Shown here: positions 1-9,109 of the stretch, piece by piece
Layout of the letters: each line of letters starts with the position of its first letter
Numbering within the stretch: position 1 is the first letter of the stretch
NCBI GenBank assembly: GCA_963769935.1
Contig: CAVYNY010000010.1
Span: forward strand, 32,001-96,000
DNA from: an uncultured delta proteobacterium
GTDB lineage: Bacteria > Desulfobacterota > Desulfobacteria > Desulfobacterales > JAFDCJ01
DNA length: 64,000 nucleotides
Direction: 5' to 3'
The notes under the pieces: generated by a model
Database searches by the model: none
What the model was told of the DNA's origin: nothing
Seen by the model: the letters and a program-made list of their open reading frames with translations, nothing else
Program-made: the position numbers and the translations under genes

Positions 1-2
1 TT

Positions 3-2114
3 GATCCCCTGACAACGTGTCCGGCGGATCATCCGCTTTTAAATCTGGCGGCCTTTGATCTTACCCCCCAGGACCTGGACCGTGAATTTCTGGCCCGAAG
101 TCCTGCCGAATCAGGCCGAATGCTGCTGCGTGAAATCATTCAGAACCTGAAAGAAACGTATTGCCGTTCCATCGGTGTGGAGTTCATGCACCTGCAGGAT
201 CCGAATGAAAGACAATGGCTGCTGGATCGAATGGAGCCGGTGCGCAACCGGCCGCAAATGAGCGCTGCGGAAAAAAGGCACATATTGGAAAAACTTTATC
301 AGGCCGCCCTGCTTGAACAGTTTCTCAATAAAAAATACATGGCGGTGACACGGTTTTCCCTGGAAGGCGCCGATGCAATCATTCCGGCCCTGTCCGGCCT
401 GATCGAACACGTCACGCCCAAGGGATGCCGGGAAATTATCCTCGGTACGGCCCATCGTGGAAGGCTGAACATCCAGGCCCATATCCTGCACAAACCGTAC
501 GAAGATATTTTTAGTGAATTTGAAAATTGCTATAACCCGGATGATCTGTTCGGCGCCGGTGACGTAAAATATCACAACGGATATCTGGCCGATATTGTCA
601 CCGCCGAAGATCACAGCCTGCGAATTTTTCTGATGAACAATCCCAGCCATCTGGAGTTGGTGAATCCGGTGGTGGAGGGCTTTGTGCGGGCCCGGCAGGA
701 CATGACTGCCGACCGGAATCGAAGCGGGGTGCTGGCATTGCTGGTGCATGGCGACGCCGCGTTTGCCGGTCAGGGCATCGTGGCTGAAACGCTGAACATG
801 TCACAGCTTGAGGGCTATCGAACCGGCGGTACCGTTCACATCGTCATCAACAACCAGATCGGATACACCACCTTACCTGAAGACGCCCGCTCCACGCGAT
901 ATTCGACCGATGTCGCCAAGATGCTCATGGTACCGATTTTTCATGTGCACGGCGAGGACCCGGAAGCCCTCCTTCACGTAGTTCGGCTCGCCGCGGACTA
1001 CCGGTGGGAATTCGGCAAAGACGTTGTCGTCGATGTGGTTTGCTACCGGCGCTACGGACACAACGAAGGCGATGAGCCGTATTTTACCCAGCCGTTGATG
1101 TACGAGCGAATTCGGCAGCGTCCGTCCCTGCACCAGGTTTACGCTGAAAAACTCCTCGAGGAGAAAATTATTCGACAAGACGACATCGAATCGCTGGACA
1201 CAGCCTTTAACACGGCATTGAACACGGCCTACGAAACGGTCCACAACAGCGAATGTCCTTTTCCGACGCCCCGCTTTTATCAAAACTGGGAAAAATTCCA
1301 CGGAAATTATTCCCATAATTCCGCCCATACCGGTGTCGCCAAAGAAAAGCTCATCTCTCTGATCGTGAAGCTGGGCGAGCTGCCCGACGGATTTGCTTTA
1401 AATTCGAAACTGGAGCGGCTGCTGAACAAACGTATCCAAACGGTTGAGCAGGGATACGGCATTGACTGGGCCTGCGCCGAAGCACTGGCCTTTGCCACTC
1501 TGTTGACGGAAGGGGTCCCCATTCGTCTAAGCGGCCAGGACAGCAGCCGGGGGACGTTCAGCCAGCGCCACAGCGTATTGGTGGATACCACGACCGGCAG
1601 CCGGTTTACACCCTTGAACAATCTGGCTGAAAACCAGGGGCCTTTTTATGTCTATGACAGCCTGTTATCAGAAATAGGGGTGCTTGGTTTTGAATACGGC
1701 TATTCGGTCGCCCAACCCGATGGGCTGGAGCTGTGGGAGGCTCAATTCGGAGATTTTGTCAACAACGCCCAGTCGATGGTTGATCTTTTTATTGCCAGCG
1801 GGGAAGCCAAGTGGCAGCGCCTGAGCGGTCTGGTGCTGCTGCTGCCCCATGGATTCGAGGGATTGGGTCCCGAACATTCCAGTGCCCGCCTGGAACGCTT
1901 TCTGCAGCTGTGTGCCGGAGACAATATCCAGGTTTGCCAGCCCACGACCCCGGCCCAGTATTTTCATCTGTTGCGCAGGCAGGTAAAAAGCAGTTATCGC
2001 AAACCGCTGATCATCCTGACGCCCAAAAGCCTGCTGCGCCATCCCATGGCGGTTTCCGGCCTTGAAGAATTTGACACCGGCGCTTTTGAAAGCGTACTGA
2101 ATGATGCCGCGTGA
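3..2114 (+). CDS. sucA: 2-oxoglutarate dehydrogenase E1, main part (5' end outside window; frame open from base 3; ends at a frameshift)
   Basis: Motifs RFSLEGAD, AHRGRLN, GDVKYH, HGDAAFAGQG (TPP binding), GHNEGDEP, WEAQFGDF, GPEHSSAR; the frame has no stop from base 3 to the ATG at 120. Confidence 0.96.
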   Translation, partial: DPLTTCPADHPLLNLAAFDLTPQDLDREFLARSPAESGRMLLREIIQNLKETYCRSIGVEFMHLQDPNERQWLLDRMEPVRNRPQMSAAEKRHILEKLYQAALLEQFLNKKYMAVTRFSLEGADAIIPALSGLIEHVTPKGCREIILGTAHRGRLNIQAHILHKPYEDIFSEFENCYNPDDLFGAGDVKYHNGYLADIVTAEDHSLRIFLMNNPSHLELVNPVVEGFVRARQDMTADRNRSGVLALLVHGDAAFAGQGIVAETLNMSQLEGYRTGGTVHIVINNQIGYTTLPEDARSTRYSTDVAKMLMVPIFHVHGEDPEALLHVVRLAADYRWEFGKDVVVDVVCYRRYGHNEGDEPYFTQPLMYERIRQRPSLHQVYAEKLLEEKIIRQDDIESLDTAFNTALNTAYETVHNSECPFPTPRFYQNWEKFHGNYSHNSAHTGVAKEKLISLIVKLGELPDGFALNSKLERLLNKRIQTVEQGYGIDWACAEALAFATLLTEGVPIRLSGQDSSRGTFSQRHSVLVDTTTGSRFTPLNNLAENQGPFYVYDSLLSEIGVLGFEYGYSVAQPDGLELWEAQFGDFVNNAQSMVDLFIASGEAKWQRLSGLVLLLPHGFEGLGPEHSSARLERFLQLCAGDNIQVCQPTTPAQYFHLLRRQVKSSYRKPLIILTPKSLLRHPMAVSGLEEFDTGAFESVLNDAA

Positions 2115-2511
2115 TGTAGGGGATCCGAAAACCGTCCTGTTTTGCAGCGGCAAGCTCTATTATGAACTGGCAGCCCGGCGCAGGGAGCTGGACATCTCCA
2201 ACATCGCAATTATTCGAATTGAACAGTTTTATCCATTCCCCCAAAATCGAATAAAAAAATTAGCCAAACATTTTTCCGGTGCCAAAAAGTGGTGTTGGGT
2301 CCAGGAAGAACCTCAAAACATGGGCGGCTGGCAATTCATGCAGCCCCGCCTGGAAGAAATCTTGAAACACAACGTGACGTACATCGGCCGCGGGGCGTCT
2401 GCCAGCCCGGCCACCGGTTTTGCGGCAATCTTCAAGCAGCAGCAAAGCGAGATTCTCCGCAAGGCCGTAGGACCGCTGAGCGGAGTCAGGCAAGAGGCAG
2501 CGGTCAGCTAG
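2101..2511 (+). CDS. sucA: SucA C-terminal domain in the +1 frame (frameshifted continuation of sucA)
   Basis: LFCSGKLYYEL, RIEQFYPFP, WVQEEPQNMGGW and YIGRGASASPATG are the canonical E1 C-terminal motifs. Removing one base near 2111-2112 (GCG T GAT) fuses the two ORFs. Confidence 0.9.
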   Translation: MMPRDVGDPKTVLFCSGKLYYELAARRRELDISNIAIIRIEQFYPFPQNRIKKLAKHFSGAKKWCWVQEEPQNMGGWQFMQPRLEEILKHNVTYIGRGASASPATGFAAIFKQQQSEILRKAVGPLSGVRQEAAVS

Positions 2512-2513
2512 GT

Positions 2514-2548
2514 CCGTTGCCCGTGGTCGGTGGCTGTTGATCCGTTGG
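2514..2548. repeat. Degenerate 7-mer array directly after the sucA stop
   Basis: ccgttgc ccgtggt cggtggc tgttgat ccgttgg. Confidence 0.55.
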
Positions 2549-2575
2549 GAATCAACACGGCTTGCCGGATAATCT

Positions 2576-2656
2576 CGGTACTGGAGTGATGGAGGATTGG
2601 CGGGTTGAAAATAAGACATCAATTTTTCAGCCATTACTCCAACACTCCGGTACTGC
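2576..2656. repeat. Inverted 8-mer-array cassette (TGGAGTRA / TCCAWYAC family)
   Basis: Left arm TGGAGTGA TGGAGGAT TGG; right arm CCATTAC TCCAACAC TCCGGTAC; same family as 50171-50274. Confidence 0.8.
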
Positions 2657-2778
2657 AACCTGTCCCGTCGAAGTTACGCCGATGCGTGACGAAGGCGGAT
2701 ACTCTAAAACTAACTAAATTTGTCCTGTTTTAGCGACATATATCAAAAAAACAATCAACGGACATTGCAGGAGTCAAC

Positions 2779-4146
2779 ATGGTCATTGAAATTAGAGTCC
2801 CCAGTGTCGGAGAATCCGTTACGGAAGCGCTGCTGGCCCAGTGGTTTAAAAAAGACGGCGACCGGGTGCAAAAAGATGAGCCGCTTTTTGTGATCGAAAC
2901 CGATAAGGTCACACTGGAAGTCGTGGCCGAGGAAGACGGCGTCCTGACGATTAAAGTGCCGGAAGGCGAGACGGTGGCCATCGGAGCCCTGGTCGGCACC
3001 CTGGATACGGAGGCGGCTCCCAAAGCCGCGGCGGCCAAAGATGCCCCCCGAACCGAGGAAGCCAAAGCGGCAACGCCGGCAGCTGCCCGGGCGCCGGAAG
3101 AAAGAGCACCCAAACCGCCGCCGGAAAAAGAGCTTCAGGAACCTGGCGATACTATTCCACCACCGGCGGCACCGCAGTCCACACCCATCCGGCAGGAGCC
3201 CAAAGAGCCTGCGGCAACCGACCGCCAACTGGCACCGTCCGTGCGACGGCTGGTGGCGGAAAACAACCTGAATCCCTCTCAAATTCCGGGAACCGGCCCC
3301 CACGGCCGCATCACCAAAGGCGATGTTATTTTATACCTGGAAAGCCGCCGGGCGGCAGCGTCGGCCGGCAAAGGCGATCAGGCCATCGAACCTGCCGCCG
3401 GGCAACCCACAGCCGGTGTCCAGCCCGCCGCGGTTCTGCCGGACACGGAACTCGTCCAACGCAAGCCCATGAGCCCCATCCGCCGGCGCATCGCCGCCCG
3501 CCTCCTTGAAGCAAAACAAAACACGGCCATGCTTACGACATTTAATGAAATCGATATGGACAATGTCATGACCCTGCGCCGGCAGTATAAAGAATCATTT
3601 AAGCAGAAATACGGCGTTAATCTGGGCATGATGTCTTTTTTTATCAAAGCCAGCATCGAGGCGCTCAGGGAAATTTCTCGAATTAACGCCTTTATAGACG
3701 GCAAGGATTTTATCGAACATCACTACTACCATATTGGGGTGGCGGTGGGCTCCGAACGCGGCTTGGTGGTTCCGGTCATCCGGCATGCCGATCGGCTGAG
3801 TTTCGCCGGCCTGGAACAGGCGATCGTTGATTTTGTCAAAAAGATCAATGAAAATCGTCTTGAAATCTCCGATCTGGAAGGCGGTACGTTTACCATCAGC
3901 AACGGCGGCGTTTACGGCTCTTTGCTGAGCACTCCTATTTTGAACACACCCCAAAGCGCGATTCTGGGAATGCACAAAATCGAGAAAAGGCCGGTGGTCA
4001 TCGACGATCAAATCGTCATCCGTCCCATGATGTATGTGGCGTTGAGCTATGATCACCGTATCGTGGACGGCAGGGAAGCGGTCACGTTCCTCAAGCGGAT
4101 CAAGGAATGTGTGGAAAATCCGGAACGCATGTTAATGGAGATCTAA
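2779..4146 (+). CDS. sucB: Dihydrolipoamide succinyltransferase E2
   Basis: Lipoyl motif [11 protein letters not shown]3-binding [13 protein letters not shown], catalytic [15 protein letters not shown]. Confidence 0.97.
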   Translation: MVIEIRVPSVGESVTEALLAQWFKKDGDRVQKDEPLFVIETDKVTLEVVAEEDGVLTIKVPEGETVAIGALVGTLDTEAAPKAAAAKDAPRTEEAKAATPAAARAPEERAPKPPPEKELQEPGDTIPPPAAPQSTPIRQEPKEPAATDRQLAPSVRRLVAENNLNPSQIPGTGPHGRITKGDVILYLESRRAAASAGKGDQAIEPAAGQPTAGVQPAAVLPDTELVQRKPMSPIRRRIAARLLEAKQNTAMLTTFNEIDMDNVMTLRRQYKESFKQKYGVNLGMMSFFIKASIEALREISRINAFIDGKDFIEHHYYHIGVAVGSERGLVVPVIRHADRLSFAGLEQAIVDFVKKINENRLEISDLEGGTFTISNGGVYGSLLSTPILNTPQSAILGMHKIEKRPVVIDDQIVIRPMMYVALSYDHRIVDGREAVTFLKRIKECVENPERMLMEI

Positions 4147-4147
4147 A

Positions 4148-5575
4148 ATGGCCAAATCACAAAACTATGACGTCGTCATTATCGGCAGTGGTCCCGGCGG
4201 GTATGTGGCCGCAGTTCGCGCCGCTCAGCTCGGCCTGAAAGCTGCCTGTATTGAAAAAGAACCCCGCCTGGGAGGCGTCTGCCTGAATGTCGGGTGCATT
4301 CCCAGCAAAGCCCTGCTTGATTCCAGTGAATACTACCTGCTGGCCAAAGAGCAGTTCGCAGACCATGGGATCAAAATCGGCAAAGTCGGCCTGGATCTTC
4401 CCGTCATGATGGCCCGCAAGGAAAAAGTGGTTTATGAGCTGACCGAAAATGTCAGAAAGCTCCTTGAAGGCCATAAAATCGATATCATTCACGGTACGGC
4501 CAGACTGGCCGGGGCGGACCGGGTCGAAGTAGCGGTCCATTCCGACGGATCTGAAAAGGCAGCGGGGTTGAACCTGCAGGCCGGTGCCATCATTTTAGCG
4601 ACCGGCAGTGAACCGCTTGCGCTGCCGGATGCGGGGTTTGACGGCCGGCATATTGTCAGCTCACGCGAGGCCTTAACCTTTGATTCCGTGCCCAAACATC
4701 TCGGCATTGTCGGCGGCGGGTACATCGGACTGGAGTTGGGCTCGGTGTGGCTTCGACTGGGCGCCAAAGTAACGGTGATCGAAATGCTGCCAAATATCGC
4801 CACTGGCCTGGATGGACAGGTCGGTCGCAAGCTGCAGCGGGTGCTCAAGCGCCAGGGGATCGACTTTAAGTTGCAAACCAAAGTGACCGGTGCCGAAATC
4901 TCGGACAAATCCGTAAGGGTGAACCTGGAGACCAAAAAAGGGGCGGAAACATTAACCTGCCACCCCCTGTTAATCAGCGTCGGACGACGTCCCCTGACCC
5001 GGGGCCTGGGCCTGGACGAGGTGGGAGTTAAAACCGACCCCGACACCGGACACGTGCTGGTGGACGCGTCATATCGCACCAGCATCGATTCAATTTACGC
5101 CATCGGCGACCTGATTCCGGGACCGATGTTGGCCCACAAAGCATCGGCTGAAGGCATCGCCGCGGTGGAAGGCATCGCCGGCAAACCCGGTGAGGTTAAC
5201 TATGATGCCGTGCCGGCGGTCATTTATACCTGGCCCGAGGTTGCCAGCGTGGGGCTCACCGAGGAACAGGTCAAAGAGCGCGACATCCCCTATTGCACCG
5301 GCACCTACCCGTTTGCCGGCGCCGGGCGCGCCCGCTGCCTCGGCGAAACCGAAGGCTTTGTCAAAGTTATCGCCCACGGGAAAACCGATCGAGTTCTGGG
5401 GGTGCACATCATCGGTCCCCGGGCCGCCGATATGATCGCCGAGTGCGTTCTGGCCGTTGAGTTCGGCGCCAGCTCCGAGGACATCGCGCGCACCATCCAC
5501 GGTCATCCGACCTTTGCCGAAGCACTGCAGGAGGCGGCCATGGCGGTGCAGAAGTGCTCGATTTATGGGTCTTAA
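4148..5575 (+). CDS. lpdA: Dihydrolipoamide dehydrogenase E3
   Basis: GSGPGGY, GGVCLNVGCIPSK disulfide, GGGYIGLE, HPTFAE; follows sucB with a 1-bp gap. Confidence 0.97.
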   Translation: MAKSQNYDVVIIGSGPGGYVAAVRAAQLGLKAACIEKEPRLGGVCLNVGCIPSKALLDSSEYYLLAKEQFADHGIKIGKVGLDLPVMMARKEKVVYELTENVRKLLEGHKIDIIHGTARLAGADRVEVAVHSDGSEKAAGLNLQAGAIILATGSEPLALPDAGFDGRHIVSSREALTFDSVPKHLGIVGGGYIGLELGSVWLRLGAKVTVIEMLPNIATGLDGQVGRKLQRVLKRQGIDFKLQTKVTGAEISDKSVRVNLETKKGAETLTCHPLLISVGRRPLTRGLGLDEVGVKTDPDTGHVLVDASYRTSIDSIYAIGDLIPGPMLAHKASAEGIAAVEGIAGKPGEVNYDAVPAVIYTWPEVASVGLTEEQVKERDIPYCTGTYPFAGAGRARCLGETEGFVKVIAHGKTDRVLGVHIIGPRAADMIAECVLAVEFGASSEDIARTIHGHPTFAEALQEAAMAVQKCSIYGS

Positions 5576-5584
5576 AGCAAAAAA

Positions 5585-5893
5585 GGTTTCGGGTGTCAGG
5601 TGGGAGTGGTTTCCAGCCCAGCGACTACGCTGACACCTCATATGAAACTACATCTCACACAGAGCGCTCAGAGATCACAGAGGTCTGGATTTACAGGCGC
5701 CTGCGGCGAAAGAAAAATGTTCTCTGCGGTCTCTGTGAGCTCTAACGGCTTGTCGGGTCGTAGCTCGAAGAGCGAAGCCTGAAAGTGGGCGTGATATTAA
5801 ATCCAACTGTGTCCGATTTCCAAAAGTTTCTTTTATGATCAGACCGGCCGTTGTTTTGGCCGGCGGCGGGGCTGACACCTGAACACTGAAACC
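5585..5893. repeat. Composite nested intergenic repeat (7-mer arms, inverted 9-mer arms, hairpin modules)
   Basis: GGTTTCG GGTGTCA GG versus CTGACACC TGAACAC TGAAACC; CACAGAG-n2 x3 (5658-5682) versus CTCTGYG-n2 (5722-5743); 55-bp core shared with 9231-9285. Confidence 0.8.
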
Positions 5894-5894
5894 T

Positions 5895-6974
5895 CTATTT
5901 CCATGTCTCCCGCAGCACGCGCTCCCAGTTTGCATGGGCGATTTTGTGCAGGGAATCGTTGTCAAATCCCTGCTCGCGCAGAATCCTGACAAGTTTGGGC
6001 ATCCCTGCCACGTCGCCGAGTTCCTGCGGCATGATGGCGCCGTCAAAATCCGATCCCAGCGCGACATGCTCGATTCCGATACGGTGCGCGATGTAATTAA
6101 TATGGTTTGCAATTTCTTCAAGGGGCGTATCAGGATCCAAAAGACCGTCTTGGCGCAGAAAACCTACATGAAAGTTGATTCCCACAACCCCCTTGGACTC
6201 ACCGATGGCATCCAGCTGTTTATCGGTTAAATTGCGGGTGGCGGGGCAAAGGGCATGAACCCCCGCATGGGTTACCACCAGCGGCGCATCTGTGATCTCG
6301 GCTGCATCCCAGAAGCCTTTTTCATTGATATGAGCCAGATCGATCATAATACCGAGCCGGTTGCAGGCCGTTGCCAATTCCCGCCCCGCCTCGCTCAGGC
6401 CCGGGCCCGTGTCCGGCGATTGGGGAAACCGGAAGGGGACGCCGTGGGCGAAAATATTGGGGCGGCTCCAGGCAATCCCCAATGATCTCAGGCCGGCCTG
6501 GTAAAAAACTTCCAGAGACTCCAGCGCGGGGTCAATGGCTTCGGCGCCCTCAAAATGCAACACTACGGCGATAGTCCTGCGGCGCAGGCATTCAACCAGC
6601 TCCCCGGCAGTACGCACCACTTTGATCTGTCCCTTGGATTGAGCCTCAAGACGAAACAGACAGGCCATTCCCTTAATGGTAGTTCTTTGGGCGTGGGCCA
6701 AATCGACGGCCGGCGGCAACGGTAAATCATATGCCGCTTTACCGGATTTTGGATCTGCTCCCGGGAACCCATCGTCGAACGTATTTGAGGGTACAAATAT
6801 CGCAAAAAATCCGCCGGCGTATCCACCCTCCCGCATGCGCGGCAAATCAATGTGCCCCTGATCATTTCGCTTAAAAAAGGGCCGCGCTTTTCCATTTTTC
6901 GGTAGATAGATGCTTTGCAGAGCATCATTATGGCCGTCGAAAATCGGCAGGTCGTCAGGCATTATCATGATCAT
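5895..6974 (-). CDS. Membrane dipeptidase family (peptidase M19)
   Basis: IFDGHND, HFEGAE, IDLAH, VVTHAG and LGSDFDGA metal-binding motifs. Confidence 0.93.
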   Translation of the reverse strand: MIMIMPDDLPIFDGHNDALQSIYLPKNGKARPFFKRNDQGHIDLPRMREGGYAGGFFAIFVPSNTFDDGFPGADPKSGKAAYDLPLPPAVDLAHAQRTTIKGMACLFRLEAQSKGQIKVVRTAGELVECLRRRTIAVVLHFEGAEAIDPALESLEVFYQAGLRSLGIAWSRPNIFAHGVPFRFPQSPDTGPGLSEAGRELATACNRLGIMIDLAHINEKGFWDAAEITDAPLVVTHAGVHALCPATRNLTDKQLDAIGESKGVVGINFHVGFLRQDGLLDPDTPLEEIANHINYIAHRIGIEHVALGSDFDGAIMPQELGDVAGMPKLVRILREQGFDNDSLHKIAHANWERVLRETWK

Positions 6975-7324
6975 CCCATTTCAAAATAAGATTTAATTCA
7001 ACTCGATAGCTATCAAGCTTTGTTAAGCTTGTAAAGTTGGAATCCGGGCTTGCGGGCTTTAAACCTGTAACCGAGATCGGGTATTATTTTCATCTGCCTG
7101 AAGGAGTGTCTATTCAGTATTCGCAAGACTAGCGCAATAGTTCCAGTTGACCGCATGCCGGTTAAGTGCTAAATATTACTCCGGCCCGGCGAATTTCAAG
7201 CCGGGCAGGATGGCCTGGTCGTTGCTGAAAGTGAATGGTTTATGGTTTAATAATGATTAAAGGGAAAATTGCTATCCGTTAAATCCCGGCAATCTCAATT
7301 CCCAAAGTCAAATGCAGCTGAAAA

Positions 7325-8902
7325 GTGTCTCTCAATAATCAAGACACAGATTTTAAACAGGTTCTCGGTCTGCAAAAGGACCCATTTTCACCGGAACCGG
7401 ATCCCGCGTTCTACTATGCTTTTGATTCTTTTGAGCAGCGTCTGAAAGTATTGCGGGGATTGGTTCAGGGGACGGATATTCTGGTCCTGATTATCGGCGA
7501 GCCGGGCAGCGGCAAGACCACCCTGTTAAACCGTTATCTGGCCGCGGCCGAGGGTCAATGGAAATCCGTTCGGATTCTGACGGATCCGGACACCGCTTCG
7601 CCCCGCACAACGGATACGCTGGACCGCGGGGGGTATCCCGCCTATGTTCTGCAGGATTCAGAGAATCCCATCGTAATCGTCGACGATTCTCACAAGCTCC
7701 CTCAAAAGGAGTTGGAATTTCTGCTCCAGGAAGCACTGGTACCCGGCGGCACCAACAAAATCAAACGATTGGTTCTTTGCGGCGAATCTGATTTACATAC
7801 CAGGGTCACCCGGATTGCGACAACTTACACTGTGCAGCCGGCCGTCAACAAAATCTACCTGCCGGGGTTGACGGAAATGCAAACCGGCGCGTATCTCCAA
7901 CACCGGCTGGCAGCCGCCGGTTACACGGGAAAAAATCCTTTCAATTCTTCAGCGGTTAAAGACATTCATCAAACTTCGGGCGGATATCCGGGAGCTGTCA
8001 ATGAGATTGCCAATCAATGGCTCCGGGTAAAATATTCAACCCAGGAGGAAGGTCAAAGCATGTTGCAGCACTTTTCAACACCCTTACGACGCGTTGCCGT
8101 GTGGATTGCTGCCGGGGTCATTATCTTTTTGCTGGCGGTGTTTTGGTATTTACCGGGTCGCAAGCCGGCGGTATCAAAACCGCCGGATCAAACAGCAGCA
8201 AAAAAAGTGTTTCGTCAAAAGATAACGCAGAATCATCCGCCAGCCGAAACCGTAGTTCGCAAAAAAATAACCCTGGCCAAAGCCGCCACCCCATCGCCGG
8301 CCGAAATCAAGACACCTCAACCGGAAGCAATCGAGACACCTCAACCGGAAGCGATCAAGACACCTCAACCGGAAGCGATCAAGACACCCCAACCGGAAGC
8401 GATCAAGACGTCACCCCAGCCACCGCCGGAAATTAAGACGCAACAGACGGCCAAGGCAGAAACTGCGCTGGCGGAACCGGCTGTTGCCGCGCCGGTAAAG
8501 GAAGCGCCGCTGCAGAAAATTCAAATCCAACCGGCACCCCTGCCGGCGGCGCCAAGCACATCTGCGACTCCCGGAACGATAGCGGATAAAGGAGCAGTCC
8601 AGCGCGAGAAATGGCTTCTATCCCAGGATGCGGCATCTTATACGATCCAGATCATGGGCGTTCACAATGAGCAATCAATCTTTGAATTCATCGAAAAGAA
8701 CCAACTATTGCAGCAAAACGAAATTGCCTATTACGAGTCGACTTTTCAAGGTAAGGCTTGGTACCAGCTGCTGTATGGCCTATATCCGACAAGGCAGGCG
8801 GCTGAACTGGCCGCAAATAATCTACCTGAAAATATCCGCCGGGCCGGACCTTGGATAAGAAAAATGGCGGGTATCCAAAAAACGATTAAAGACAGGGGAT
8901 AG
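7325..8902 (+). CDS. ExeA-like AAA ATPase, TM helix, Pro-rich linker and SPOR domain (DamX-like)
   Basis: LGLQKDPF N-terminus, Walker A GEPGSGKTT, IVDDSH, one TM helix, and a C-terminal YTIQI...WYQLLYGLY...PWIRK SPOR signature. Confidence 0.8.
   Translation: MSLNNQDTDFKQVLGLQKDPFSPEPDPAFYYAFDSFEQRLKVLRGLVQGTDILVLIIGEPGSGKTTLLNRYLAAAEGQWKSVRILTDPDTASPRTTDTLDRGGYPAYVLQDSENPIVIVDDSHKLPQKELEFLLQEALVPGGTNKIKRLVLCGESDLHTRVTRIATTYTVQPAVNKIYLPGLTEMQTGAYLQHRLAAAGYTGKNPFNSSAVKDIHQTSGGYPGAVNEIANQWLRVKYSTQEEGQSMLQHFSTPLRRVAVWIAAGVIIFLLAVFWYLPGRKPAVSKPPDQTAAKKVFRQKITQNHPPAETVVRKKITLAKAATPSPAEIKTPQPEAIETPQPEAIKTPQPEAIKTPQPEAIKTSPQPPPEIKTQQTAKAETALAEPAVAAPVKEAPLQKIQIQPAPLPAAPSTSATPGTIADKGAVQREKWLLSQDAASYTIQIMGVHNEQSIFEFIEKNQLLQQNEIAYYESTFQGKAWYQLLYGLYPTRQAAELAANNLPENIRRAGPWIRKMAGIQKTIKDRG
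8306..8409 (+). repeat. Intragenic 24-bp tandem repeat, about 4.3 copies (IKTPQPEA)
   Basis: ATCAAGACACCTCAACCGGAAGCG units in frame with the DamX-like linker. Confidence 0.95.
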
Positions 8903-8917
8903 CTGTAATGCTTGATG

Positions 8918-9034
8918 CTAATCTTCAGAATTTTTCTCCGACCCCAGCATCTCTTCGGTCTCCATCCACATTACGTTGATGATCCCAAAGGCACAGGCCA
9001 GCAAGACGCCTAAAATCCATGCAAAGTACCACAT
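8918..9034 (-). CDS. cydX: Cytochrome bd-I oxidase small subunit CydX, 38 aa (not in the ORF track)
   Basis: Translates to MWYFAWILGVLLACAFGIINVMWMETEEMLGSEKNSED*. The N-terminus matches CydX (MWYFAWILG.LLAC.FG); GAGGA RBS; downstream of cydB. Confidence 0.95.
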   Translation of the reverse strand: MWYFAWILGVLLACAFGIINVMWMETEEMLGSEKNSED

Positions 9035-9109
9035 ATTATATCCTCAGAACTCTTATTATTTCCGGTCTCGGATAGATTGTAGTTTAATGCGATGATCATT
9101 TTAACTAGA

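Noticed and set aside
2112..2114. sucA TGA as a selenocysteine codon
   Set aside because: Homology continues in a different frame, so in-frame read-through cannot restore the protein.
5554..6121. Short ORFs across the lpdA-dipeptidase spacer, and similar ones at 9222-9455, 45714-45947 and 50137-50328
   Set aside because: They are translations of the repeat cassettes, with no RBS or protein-like features.
8306..8409. 24-bp repeats as a CRISPR array
   Set aside because: Units are directly adjacent with no spacers and lie in frame within a protein linker; no cas genes.
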